From Felis catus (lineage: Eukaryota), in contig NC_058376.1 of assembly GCF_018350175.1 (NCBI RefSeq), positions 14,446,001 to 14,510,000 of the forward strand: 64,000 bases of DNA, written 5' to 3'. Position 1 is the first letter of the stretch. Each line of letters begins with the position of its first letter. Positions 10,729 to 22,329 of the stretch are shown here, piece after piece. Position numbers and translations under genes: made by a program. The notes below the pieces were generated by a model. The model was not told the DNA's origin. It was given only the letters and a program-made list of their open reading frames with translations, and did no database searches.

Positions 10729-10778
10729 GACCTGAGCCAAAGTCAGAAGCTTAATTGACTGAGCCACTCAGGCACCCC
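10729..10778 (-). mobile_element. CanSINE 5' fragment at an L1 deletion junction
   Basis: GACCTGAGCCAAAGTCAGA...GAGCCACTCAGGCACCCC. Confidence 0.75.
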
Positions 10779-10926
10779 TGTTGGATTTGTATATACCAGT
10801 AATGAAGCAGCAGAAAAACAAATCAAGGAATACAGATACAACTGCACTTAAAACAGTAAGATACCTAGGAATACACCTAACTAAAGAGGTAAAAGATCTA
10901 TACTCTGAAAACTATAGAGCACTTAT

Positions 10927-11157
10927 NNNNNNNNNNNNNNNNNNNNNNNNNNNNNNNNNNNNNNNNNNNNNNNNNNNNNNNNNNNNNNNNNNNNNNNNNN
11001 NNNNNNNNNNNNNNNNNNNNNNNNNNNNNNNNNNNNNNNNNNNNNNNNNNNNNNNNNNNNNNNNNNNNNNNNNNNNNNNNNNNNNNNNNNNNNNNNNNNN
11101 NNNNNNNNNNNNNNNNNNNNNNNNNNNNNNNNNNNNNNNNNNNNNNNNNNNNNNNNN
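10927..11157. other. Assembly gap (N run) within L1
   Basis: Run of n. Confidence 0.99.
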
Positions 11158-13621
11158 ACTGGAAGCATCACAATTCTGGATTTAAAGCTACATTACAAAA
11201 CTGTAGTCATCAAGACAATACTGTACTGGCACAAAAACAGACACACGGATCAATGGAACAGAATAGAAAACCCAGAAATGGACCCACAAATGTATGGTCG
11301 ACTAATCTTTGACAAAGCAGTAAAGAATATCCAATGCGGAAAAAACAGTCTCTTTAACAAATGGTGTTGGGAAAATTGGATGGTGACAAGCAGAACAATG
11401 CAACTGGACCACTTTCTTATAGCATACATAAAAATAAATTCAAAATGGATGAAATATCTAAATATGAAACAGGAAACCATCAAAATCCTAGAGGCGGCAA
11501 CTTCTTTGACCTTGGCTGGAGCAACTTCTTACTAGACACATTGCTGAAGGCAAGGAAAATAAAAAGTAAATATGATAACATCATGTTGACATCAAGATAA
11601 AAAGGTTCTGAAGGAACCAAGCAATAAAGCTAAAAGATAGCCTATGGAATGGGAGATGATATTTGCAAATGGCATACCTGATAAAAGATTAGTATCCAAA
11701 ATCTATAAAGAACTTATCAAACTCAACTCTCAAAAAACAAATAACCCAGTTAAAAAATGGGAAGAAAACATGAACAGACACCTTTCCAAATAAGACATCC
11801 AGTGGCTAACAGACATGAAAAGATGCTCAACATCACTCATCATCAGGGAAATACAAACCAAAACCACAATGAGATGCTACTTCACACCTGTCAGAATGGC
11901 TAAAATTAACAACACAAGAATCAACAGGTGATGGTGAGGATGAGGAGAAAGGAGAACACTCTTGCTCTGTTGGTGGGAATGAAAAGGGGTGCACCCACTC
12001 TGGAGAACAGTATGGAAGTTCCTCAAGAAACTAAAAATAGAACTACCCTATGATCCAGCAATTGCACTATTAGGCATTATCCAAAGGATACAAAAATACA
12101 GATTCAAAGAAGTACATCCACCTTAATGTCTATAGTAGTTTATCAACAATAGCCAAACTATGGAGAGAGCCCAAATGTCCATCGACTGATGAATGGTTAA
12201 AGAAGATGTAGTATGTATATACTACATCCCACATTATATACATATATAATGGAATATTACTCATCCATCAAAAAGAATGAAATCTTGTCATTTGTAATGA
12301 CATGGATGGAGCTAGAATGTATTATAATAAGAAAAATAAGTCAATTAGAGAAAGAAAAACACCATATGATTTCATTGATATGTGGAATTTAAGAAACAAA
12401 ACAGATGAACATATGGGAAGGGGCGGGAAAGAGGAGAAATAGAAATAAACCACAAGAGACTTTTAACGATAGAGAACAAATTATGGGTTGATGGAGGTAG
12501 GTCAGTGGTTGATGGGCTAGATGGGTGATGGCTACGAAGTAGGACACTTGTGATGAGCACTGGGTGTTGTATGCAACACTGAATTCTACTCCTGCAACCA
12601 ATATGTAAATGTATATTAACTAACTAAAATTTAAATTAAAAAAACCAAAAAAATTAAGATGTAATGCTATAAAATGTTAAAAAATAACTTAGAAGGCAAG
12701 AAAAATAATCAGAGTAACAAGAATTAGAAGAAACAAATAGAAAACAAATAATAAAGTGGCAGACTTAATTGCTAACATATCAACAATTTCATTGAATGCA
12801 CATGGTCTAAATACAACAGCCAAAAGACAGAGATTGGAAAAGTGCATTAAAAAAATCCAACATGACCTAGCTATATTCTGTTCATAAGAAACTGACTTCA
12901 AATTCATTGACATAGGTAGGCTGAAAATAAAAGGATGGAAAAAGTTAGGCTCTATAATTGTTAACAAACTAAAGCAGGAGTGGCCACATTAAGACCAGAT
13001 AAAATAGACCTCACATCAAAGAAAATTACCAGAGACAAAGAGAACTATTACATATTTTATGAGGATTAATCCACCAGGAAAAATAATAATTCTAAGTATA
13101 CACCAAACAACAGTCTCAAAACATATGAATAAAATGTGATCCAGTTGAAAATAGAAATAGAGAAATTTACAATTACACTTGGATATTTTCAACTCCCTTC
13201 TGACAAACTGATAGAACTAGTATGCAGAAAATAACCCAAGAGACAGATGATCTGAAGAACACAATCAGTCAAAAGAGTTTTTCATATATAGAATTCTTCA
13301 CCCAGCAGTGAGAATATATATATAGTTTTTGTCTTTGTTTTGTTGTTGTTTGTTTGTTTGTTTGCTTGTTTGTTTGTTTTTTAGGCTAGTCTTCAAGGTT
13401 TGCCCTGCACCCAGGAGGGCTCTTAGCCATCTTTCCTCCTGGTTCTCTCTGGTAAACTAGCCAGCTTATGGTTTAGCTTGTTGTCTTAGAGCAACAAACT
13501 TCCTCTTAATTGTTTATCATCAAAATCTCTATTGTTTGAAGCATACCCCTAAGTTTGAATTTCCTACACACTATTCTAAATAAACTAATTCATTTGAAGA
13601 AGTGTTCAGAGCTCTCTGTTT

Positions 13622-13859
13622 TATTTTTCATTTATTTTTATTTATTTTTAACGTTTTTAAATTTATTTTTGAGAAAGAGAGAGAGACAGAACGTGAGCGG
13701 GGGAGAGGACAGAAAGAGACAGAGACACAGAATCCGAAGCAGGATCCAGACTCTGAGCTGTCCACACAGAGCCCGACATGGAGCTCAAACCCACGAACTG
13801 TGAGATCATGACCTGAGCCAAAGTTGGACACTTAACTAACTGAGCCACCCAGGCACCCC
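13622..13859 (-). mobile_element. CanSINE
   Basis: SINE consensus; TSD AGAGCTCT..GTTTT. Confidence 0.9.
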
Positions 13860-14929
13860 AGAGCTCTTTGTTTTTATGGCTTGCCTCCTGCTCTGTGCAA
13901 AATATCTGAGCAACTACTCCAGAACTGGAGATAGAAACAGTTGTTTGCTTATTCTCTCATAGAGACACATCTGCATTACTAGTAGTCACTGGGCTTGGGC
14001 AGTAGCCTCTAGGTTTTTAGGTTTGATGTACCCATCCTGTCATGAAACCTCCTTCCTATGAATGGTGTGATGGAAAGCAAGATAAGGACTTATGGCTGTT
14101 AGCTTGTTGGGTGATGGGTAGAGCTTGGCACTACAGGTAGGAATGGGTAGATGAAGGGAACCACCTACCTCTTGGCCAAGTTCACTTGCAACTTAGTCAT
14201 TGCAACATAGAACAAGAGATCATGAGATATACTAATGGCCTGCCTACATAGGAGAGATACTGTAGCCTTTGACAACAAAGAAGGGGTACTATTTTTATGG
14301 CCTCCTCTGCCCAGTGTTGACCTTCTGCCATTTTAACCTGGAGGAGAAGAAACAGAAGGAGCAGATTGTAGCTTAAGTAGATCAAGACTCTCACTAAACC
14401 TAGATTATGTTGATTTTTTTGAATGAATGTTTCTTCATCTGTTTTGTGTCCTTGGGACAATTTCAGAAAGACTTGAATTTTTTTAAGCGTGTAATATATC
14501 TGAAGAGGGCCTGATAGCTGATGGCCACTTTTTAAGTGTGTGGGATTGGGCCAAAAGCCATAGCTTCCACATGGCTTCCACTCTGACCTTTTCGACTGCT
14601 TTAAGACAGGGCCCTCTGTTGACCTGCCTTTTAAGACTTCTGCCCAGTTTGTAGATGTCAGAGTGGTACAATTATGTGTTGTCTGTTTTCAATTGATGGA
14701 GGATAAATAGACATCCTCTGGATGCCTTCAGGAAACATGCATTTTGTTGCTGGTTAAGAGTCTTTCCAGCTTCATACTTTAATAGCCATTCAGGAAGTAA
14801 TTCTGTGTGAATCTTAAATTAGTTGTAAAGGCCCCAAATTCTAACATAGTCATTAAATGTTTAGAAGATATTGTTATGTTATACTTTACCATTATTGACA
14901 TCATCATTAACATTAATAATAAATGGGGT

Positions 14930-15146
14930 GGGGCGCCTGGGTGGCGCAGTTGGTTAAGCGTCCGACTTCAGCCAGGTCACGATCTCGCAGTCCGTGAGTT
15001 CGAGCCCCGCGTCGGGCTCTGGGCTGATGGCTCAGAGCCTGGAGCCTGTGTCCGATTCTGTGTCTCCCTCTCTCTCTGTCCCTCCCCCGTTCATGCTCTG
15101 TCTCTCTCTGTCCCAAAAATAAATAAACGTTGAAAAAAAAATTTAA
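14930..15146 (+). mobile_element. Young SINEC_Fc
   Basis: TSD AATAATAAATGGGGT. Confidence 0.93.
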
Positions 15147-15818
15147 ATAATAAATGGGGTAAATGAAGAAGTGTTATTATGAACACCTTTGCTGAACACG
15201 AACCAAACTAGAAGGCTCAATGCTGCACTTTCCAGCCTATAGTTGGGTCAAAGTTGCGTTTCGTGAATTTGGCCTACCCGAATTACTGCTTTGTTATGAA
15301 TAATAAAAGGTCATTGGCTTGAAGGCAGGCAAATATCAACCTCTGTGAAAAATTTAGGGAAGCAGACTTAAATTCTGTGTTCACTCTATGCCCACATTGG
15401 AATCGCAGGCAGAATAGCTACCTGTGTAACCACCATGCATAGATTGAGTTTGAGAATATATTTTGTCGGTGAGTGACAAGAAACAGGCATCCTATATAAT
15501 TTAGAGGAAAACAGTTACAGTTGCCCAGAACCACAAATTCAACTGCTGAGTATCAAGAAACAATGAAATTGAATGAAGCATTAAGTAAGGGGGCACTGTT
15601 TTTACCAATGATTTTAGCCAAACACTGGAGATACTGAAGATGAGGCTTTGATAAGACCAAGGTATATTACAGTAGCCTTTGGATCTGCCCATGAAAACAC
15701 ATTTTGCCAAAGTGCTGGTTGAATACAGTGATCAGGCCTAACACACCCGTATTATCAACTATACATTGCCAAAGGGCGAGCAAACTGTCTCTCTTTCTTT
15801 CACACATACAGCAATATG

Positions 15819-15819
15819 T

Positions 15820-15866
<47 letters not shown>
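15819..15866. repeat. (TA)n microsatellite
   Basis: Direct reading. Confidence 0.95.
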
Positions 15867-15869
<3 letters not shown>

Positions 15870-16184
15870 ACATGTGTATAGTGTATGCTATGCATTTGTA
15901 AAATAAGATTACTTTCAGTGAAAAATGAATTTGGATATTTTTTCAAATGGAATTGTTAAGGTTGCTTATATTTAATCATGTATGAATAACACAACATTGA
16001 GGCTTTTTGTTTTTGTTTTAAATTGTTAGAAACTCTAGATAATAGATCAAAGAAGTCCTGATGTGGTTCTTATAGGCCAAGATTTGGTTGTCATTGTTTG
16101 AATAGCCCATAATACTGTTATTATAAATAATGGAGGGGATACACATAGTGCCTCACAGGATAATGATCTATAAAGATCAACAAT

Positions 16185-16331
16185 CTAGATTTCTGAGAAG
16201 AATCCAGAAGACCAGAATCTTCCATAGCAGCATGGACGATAAGAGGCATATCCATAGCCACTGTAGTAGCCATTTCCCAGGCCTCCATGGCCATAGCTCA
16301 GGCCATCATAGTAGTTGCTGTAGAAGCTCAT
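16185..16331 (-). CDS. KRTAP22-1-like HGT-KAP, 48 aa, possibly decaying (K22-A)
   Basis: Manual translation MSFYSNYYDGLSYGHGGLGNGYYSGYGYASYRPCCYGRFWSSGFFSEI*; inverted paralogue of 54986-55132; absent from ORF track. Confidence 0.7.
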   Translation of the reverse strand: MSFYSNYYDGLSYGHGGLGNGYYSGYGYASYRPCCYGRFWSSGFFSEI

Positions 16332-17329
16332 CTGTGAGAAGAAGGCTCAGAAGAACAGAGTCAGTTTCTAGAGCTTTAAATTTATAATATACCCAGAACC
16401 TTACAAACAAACTGAGTGGTATGTGGGGCAAACCACAGGCACTGTTGGATTCATGTTTCAAACTAGTTGGTATTAAAACCATCTCAAGAATTTCTCATGA
16501 CCAATATATTTAAGACAACTTTACTGTGTGTCAGGATGCCTATAATGAAATCATGTGCCTTTGATGAGAGATTCTTCTACTTTGGTGACTTGTTTATTCC
16601 AGATTCCAAATTTAGACTATGTTATTGCTACCATGCCATCATATAACCTATGCAGATTCTACCTGTGTAAAACCTTAGTTTTATTTAACAATATTCTCCT
16701 TACACCTGAATATTTTCTGTCTTGGGAACAAAAGGGTAGTTTCAAAGGGGGAGAGAAAGATGGAAAAATTGTGGGAGAGGAGACATAGTGCCAGGATTCA
16801 CTTGTAAACATTGAATGACTAAGTGTTTTATCTTTTTTTGGGGGGAGTAATATTATTAGCTTCAGTTTTTACTTCACATGTACATGTAATCTATAATTTT
16901 ATACATGACCCCAAACCAGACAGTGACCTTGAAGTTTGACCCAATTACCCCTAAATATATAGAAAAGAAGGGACTTATTTTATTAGAAATTTGAATTTTA
17001 AAGGATGCCAGAAACTCTCAAGTGGTTTATTGATGTCATGCACTGTTGGGTATGTTGCCCCGAAAAGACACATCTCTTCTGGTTTCCTTGCTCAAAATGT
17101 ATACCCTCAATCTGGGTATGATAAAAATTCAGACAAATCCAAATTGGAAACTCTTCTACAAAACACCCAAATCTTTCAAGCTGTCAAGGCCAGGAAGGCC
17201 AAGGAAAGACAGAGAACTGTCACTAATTGGAAGAGACTAAAAAGATCCTGCAACTAAATGCAGTGTGAATTGGATTCTGAAACATAAAAATGACACTAAT
17301 GGAAAAAAATGGTGAAACAAAATCTATAG

Positions 17330-17545
17330 TTTATTTTATTTTTAATTTTTTTAACGTTTATTTATTTTTGAGAGACAGAGAGAGGCAAAGAATGAGCAGG
17401 GGAGGGACAGAGAGAGAGGGAGACACAGAATCTGAAGCAGGTCCCAGGCTCTGAGCTGTCAGCACAGAGCCCGACACAGGGGTTCAACCCATGAACCGTG
17501 AGATCATGACCTGAGCTGAAATCAGATGCTTAACACAGGCACCCG
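17330..17545 (-). mobile_element. CanSINE within old L1M 3' end (~16990-17720)
   Basis: TSD AAAATCTA(T/C)AGTTTA. Confidence 0.88.
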
Positions 17546-17779
17546 TAAAATCTACAGTTTAAAGTACTGTTCAAAGTTAATTTCTTTGGTTTGATAAATA
17601 TACCATGGTTATGAAAGATGTTAACATTATAGAGCATTGAGTGTTGGGCATATAAGAGTTTTCTGTACTATTTTGGCAACTTTCTATAGGTCTAAAGTTA
17701 TTCCAAAATATGAAGTTAAAAAGAAAAGTAAAAATAATCTTTCATTTTATTGACTTGGCCATTTACTAATTCACTTGTC

Positions 17780-19030
17780 AAATTTTATTAAGAACGAACT
17801 ATATACTAGGCATTATTATGAGCACTGGGATGGGGCAATGAACAGGACAGACAAGGATGCTATTGTTACAGAACTTATGTTCTAGACTAAGTAGGGGCAG
17901 AAAATTCAAGACGGACAAAGATTAAGGGAGTGAATGAGATAACTTCTGATAGTGACGAGTCTATGTAAATAATAAATCAAGATGAGCTAAAGAAAACTTC
18001 AAGAGTTATTGGTGAAGGATTACTTCAGACTGACTGGTCATGGAAAGGTTCACTGAAAGAAGCAAGAGAAAGATAAACCACTCTCGATGTTACTTCAAGA
18101 GATCAAAGGCAGAGACTTTAAGTTGGAAACAAGCTAGGGTCATTTGAAGAGCTGAGAAACCACTGTGATCTATATATTATAATGGAGAAGAATCATATGA
18201 GCTCATAGATGTAGTCAAGGCTCTGAGATGCAGGGTCATGTCGGCTGTATTTGCTAAGCTTCGGGGTTGCTAGGTGTAGCAAATGAATATTGAAATTCAA
18301 ATTTAACTGCATGCCTTGTAGGTACTCAAGTCATTCTAATGTGGGTAGTAGACACTGAAGGATTACCATCAAGGAGGGCCATGATCTGATCTGTGCCACG
18401 CATGCTTTGAGACATAAAAGGAAAGAATGAAAAAGTCTGGGTAGTATAAATAATCATCAACTTAATTTTGTCATGTTAAATTTCTAATGATGATTAATCT
18501 ATGAAGATATATACATTTATATATTAAGATTAGAAGTATATGAAATATTATATATAATACGCCTGCAATGAGATTGGAAATATAAATAGAGACTGATTGG
18601 AGAAGAGAATGTATACAAAGTGATTCATCTAACAAGAGTTTGGGTAGAGACCAGAGACCATAAGTGGGGCAAATACCTAGCAAGACATTCTCACATTTGG
18701 GGGTAAAATCTGAGATGTAAAAAGACAGGACACTTAGAAGAAGCAGTTACTGAGGTTGGGATTAAACCAAGTGTGCCTGGTAGGTTGAAGGTGAAGGTTG
18801 GAGAGCCTTTCAGGAATGAAGACAAAAGTTGGTGAATCTGAATGCTGCTCAGAGGCTGAGTAAAATAAAGACTTGACCTCTAGATTTGGCAGGACTGCGG
18901 TCTTGATGACCTCAGTAAGAGCAGTCTCAGAAGCATATTGGAGATGAAATACTGAAACACAGGACCAGATCGATAAAGGTTCTCAGAACACTGCCATAGA
19001 AATACACTTGTGAAGTTTTGTTATGAGGCA
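17780..19030 (-). mobile_element. Degraded LINE-2
   Basis: L2 3'-end-like TTTATTAAGAACGAACTATATACTAGGCATT; related copies at ~30170-31250 and ~53750-54500. Confidence 0.6.
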
Positions 19031-20887
19031 GGATATAGAAATGGGGATTACTCGGAAGAGTACTAATTTATGATAACAGAATATATTGAGAATGGAGTAT
19101 ATTTAGGACAACACACCAGAAAAGATAGAAAAAAAGAAAAAGGCAAGTGCGAAGCTTTCATTGCTATTATCAGAGAGAATAACTTAATTTTTCAGGAGAA
19201 CCACATTCATTTTAGGAAGTAAATTCTAGAGAGATAAATGTCTAGCAAATGTTATTACAGATATCATTTGCACAAAATGCAATGTATTCGATATCCTTTT
19301 AAATCAAATACAAAAACCTTAATTATAGTTTTTTTTAATTAACTGATGCAATTCATGTTTACCAAATTTAGGCAATGTTTTAAGAGCGTAAGTATCTTTG
19401 AAGAACAATAAAAATCATGCTATTTCCACTATTTTTTCTTAAAAACTAATTGTTTGCTAAAGCTCTGAACTCTGAGAATTGAGTTTATTGCTATTTACTC
19501 CGTGGGAAATTTGAATGTCATGTGGTGAAGATGTCCTACACCTATATGTTGGTCCAGCCGATAGTGACTAAAATGTCACAATAATGTGGCACTTTACAAA
19601 AAATGCACCTACCAAGAAATGCACCTGGAAAGTACATTCAAAAACATGATCACTGAATGTGATGAATGTGTTGCTGTGATCATAAGTATGAAACGACTTT
19701 TTGTTGAAGAGGCTATTTTTTTTTGACTCATTTGAAATAGTTACCACGTAAGACAAATTGAATAATTTGGGCAACTCTGTGTCGTTATTCTGATGATCTC
19801 CAGAGAGAGTTGATTAAAATGCAGAAGGTGTCTAACTTCTTGAACCATCTTCATGGTGATATAAAGCAGCCCCAATTCCATTCTACAAACCCTGCCTAAC
19901 ATTACTTGAGAGAATAGATAAAATGGCATTTTGCCTAAGAACTATAACCCAATATCAGAAATCAATGTGACTACATAGATAATACTGCCTTCCCACATGC
20001 ATTTTTCTCAAATACACAGCAGTACATTTTTTAACTCTAACATAAAACTCCCCCTCCCCACTTTTCTTTGGCATCACTTTAAGATGAGCTATCACACTAT
20101 TTGAATGAAGATAGTTATAATTCAAGGGTTATACAAGAGGGCTCAGCATGTCGGGTCACAAAGCATACTGTTTTGAGAAAGAAACAGTTCTCTGTCTAAA
20201 TTTATTAACAAAAATGCATGATGCTAAGCTTATTGGACAGTTACTTAGAATAGTAACTAATGATAGCATATGTAATTAGGACAAAAAAAAATAAATGTAA
20301 AAATTGGATTCCACCAGAATAACTTGCATTGTCTTGTCCTTCAATAGAAGTTGGACATAAATGAGAATATAACTCATTGGTATAAGTGCAAAAGTAGAAG
20401 GTATTTTGTTCAGACCTGTTTCCCTTGAAATTTTAATGAGTTAAATTATTATCAACATTATGAGCATGAAAGATGCATTATGTTTTCAATATAGAAAAAG
20501 CCACTAAATCCCTGAAGAAATTAATTATTTGGATCAAAAGAGAAGAAAAACTCATGAATGAAAAGACATGCTATTCTCTGTGAAATGTTTTACAATAATA
20601 TAATTATTTGGGGGCCAAGACCTGAGCAAATGTATTCTTTCTTGAAATAAAGGATGATTATAGGAGGTTAAAGTGAAGGTCTAATTTGGGGTAGGACTGT
20701 GTAGATGTGACTGAGTGCCTCCCCTCATTCAAGTTCTAAACTGGATACATGAAGTCCGGACAAACCAAATCACCGTAATACCTCTGAAGCTTTATCTTAT
20801 GTTTGAAGAACAACAAACTAACCCAATTAGTCATAAAATTAGCCAATGACATGACACATGTAGTGGGCGACACCCACATCGAGAGCA

Positions 20888-20894
20888 TATAAAA
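20888..20894 (+). promoter_or_regulatory. TATA box of K6-B, with CCAAT (~20843) and TTAGTCA upstream
   Basis: GCATATAAAAGG. Confidence 0.85.
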
Positions 20895-20978
20895 GGTCTC
20901 TGCAGGAAGAAATGTTCACAGTGAAGTGACACTTCTCCTCGCCTTCTCTACCCAAGCACAACCTCAACAGCCAACACC

Positions 20979-21311
20979 ATGTGTGGAAGCTACTACGGAA
21001 ACTCTTATGGAGGCTGCGGCTATGGAGGCTGCGGCTATGGAGGCTGTGGCTATGGAGGCTGCGGCTATGGAGGCTGTGGCTACAGAGGCTGTGGCTATGG
21101 AGGCTGTGGCTATGGAGGCTGTGGCTACGGAGGCTGTGGCTATGGAGGCTGTGGCTATGGAGGCTGCGGCTATGGAGGCTGCGGCTATGGAAGCTCTGGC
21201 TACAAAGGCTGGGGCTACAGAGGCTGTGGCTATGGAGGCTGTGGCTACAGAGGCCTGGGCTGTGGCTATGGCTCCTGCTATGGCTGTGGCTCTGGCTGTG
21301 GCTACTGGTAA
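20979..21311 (+). CDS. KRTAP6: Keratin-associated protein 6 family, 110 aa, 16 pentapeptide units (K6-B)
   Basis: MCGSYYGNSY(GGCGY)n..GSSGYKGWGY..GLGCGYGSCYGCGSGCGYW; TATA; AATAAA 21615-21620. Confidence 0.93.
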   Translation: MCGSYYGNSYGGCGYGGCGYGGCGYGGCGYGGCGYRGCGYGGCGYGGCGYGGCGYGGCGYGGCGYGGCGYGSSGYKGWGYRGCGYGGCGYRGLGCGYGSCYGCGSGCGYW

Positions 21312-21614
21312 CGAGGGCACCGTGGGGGACTCTTACCCTCTACGCCTGGACGTGGGATTCACCAATTCTGAGCCTCACACTGTTGGGTGCTGATTATCCT
21401 ACATCACAGGTTTTAGACACCACTTTTCTGAAGAGTTGAACTCTGGTTCTCTCTACGTCTGAACGACAAGTCCTTCCTTTCTTGAATATAACCCGTGAAA
21501 AGTAGAAGAATGTGAAAATTATCCTCTGAGCTCCTGTGTAGTGTTTCATCCGGATGAGGCTGTCATGGTTCCTGTCTTTTGATTTTCATACTGAATATTT
21601 TTCTCCATTTCTCT

Positions 21615-21620
21615 AATAAA
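21615..21620 (+). terminator. Poly(A) signal of K6-B
   Basis: AATAAA. Confidence 0.8.
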
Positions 21621-22288
21621 CTTCTTCAATTTGGCATAACAATCCTGGTTTTCTTATTTAATATTAATAGTTATCTTTTTGGCTTGTGAAAAATTATTTG
21701 TATTAAAGGAAACAATAGCCTTCTTTAGGGGATATTTTCTTTTTATATTTCTAATTCCGTTGTCATACCAAGTCCTTGATTTGTGATATGAAGAAAGTAA
21801 CAATCTTTGTAATGGTCAGTTTTCTTCTCTGGTTAAGCAGTAATAATGTGTGACGCTGGGCTATTGTTAAGATAAACAAGACAGTATTTGCCAATTTAGT
21901 TAAGCAGTACTATATATTCCATGTACTTTTACATCAACATTTTCATCTATGTGAAATTCCTTACAAGATATGAGTTTTGATGCATGATTCCAATATCTAG
22001 TCTTTGGTTGGGGCATATTTAAGCAACAAGTGTTTCTTACGCTTGTTCCACTCAAGAGTAAAGTGGTTCAAATCCACCCCAGCCTGTTTCCAGCTAACAA
22101 GTCTTGTTATGGTTTAAAAAATAGTTCTTAAAAGATTATGCCATTTCTAAAACCCATTATGTATTTATGTTTAAAGCTGTTTCATGGCATCCCCCATGAA
22201 AACAGGGTACTTGTTTATCCTGAGTTGTTTCTTTCCCATCATTTGTGTGGTTTCATAGTTGTAGCTGTAGTTATTTGCCTTTCCCACT

Positions 22289-22291
<3 letters not shown>

Positions 22292-22328
<37 letters not shown>
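22292..22328. repeat. (TG)n microsatellite
   Basis: Direct reading. Confidence 0.95.

Positions 22329-22329
<1 letters not shown>

Larger units (their letters stand above)
6435..12650 (+). mobile_element. Near-full-length carnivore LINE-1 (L1_Carn-like), inactivated
   Basis: 5'UTR start GAGAGG...AAGATG; ORF1 remnant from ~8045; ORF2 endonuclease from ~9485 (IIVGDFNTPL); C-terminal GRLIFDK..KWCWENW; 3'UTR and A-tail; TSD AA(G/A)TTAAGATG at 6424-6434 and 12651-12661; stops, frameshifts and insertions. Confidence 0.92.

Noticed and set aside
10781-11185. ORFs spanning X runs (also 56076-56461)
   Set aside because: Artefacts of assembly gaps in L1
8045-12330. L1 ORF1/ORF2 as functional CDS
   Set aside because: Stops, frameshifts, SINE/LTR insertions and RT deletion
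14555-14575. GCCATAGCTTCCACAT resembling a KRTAP6 start on the minus strand
   Set aside because: Short match only; no G/Y-rich continuation, leader or TATA
14930-15010. tRNA-like sequences
   Set aside because: These are tRNA-derived CanSINE heads, not tRNA genes
16130-16387. ORF-track calls over the small KAP genes (16130+, 28077-, 28114-, 28162+)
   Set aside because: Wrong frame or strand; the real ORFs are 16185-16331(-) and 28124-28270(-)
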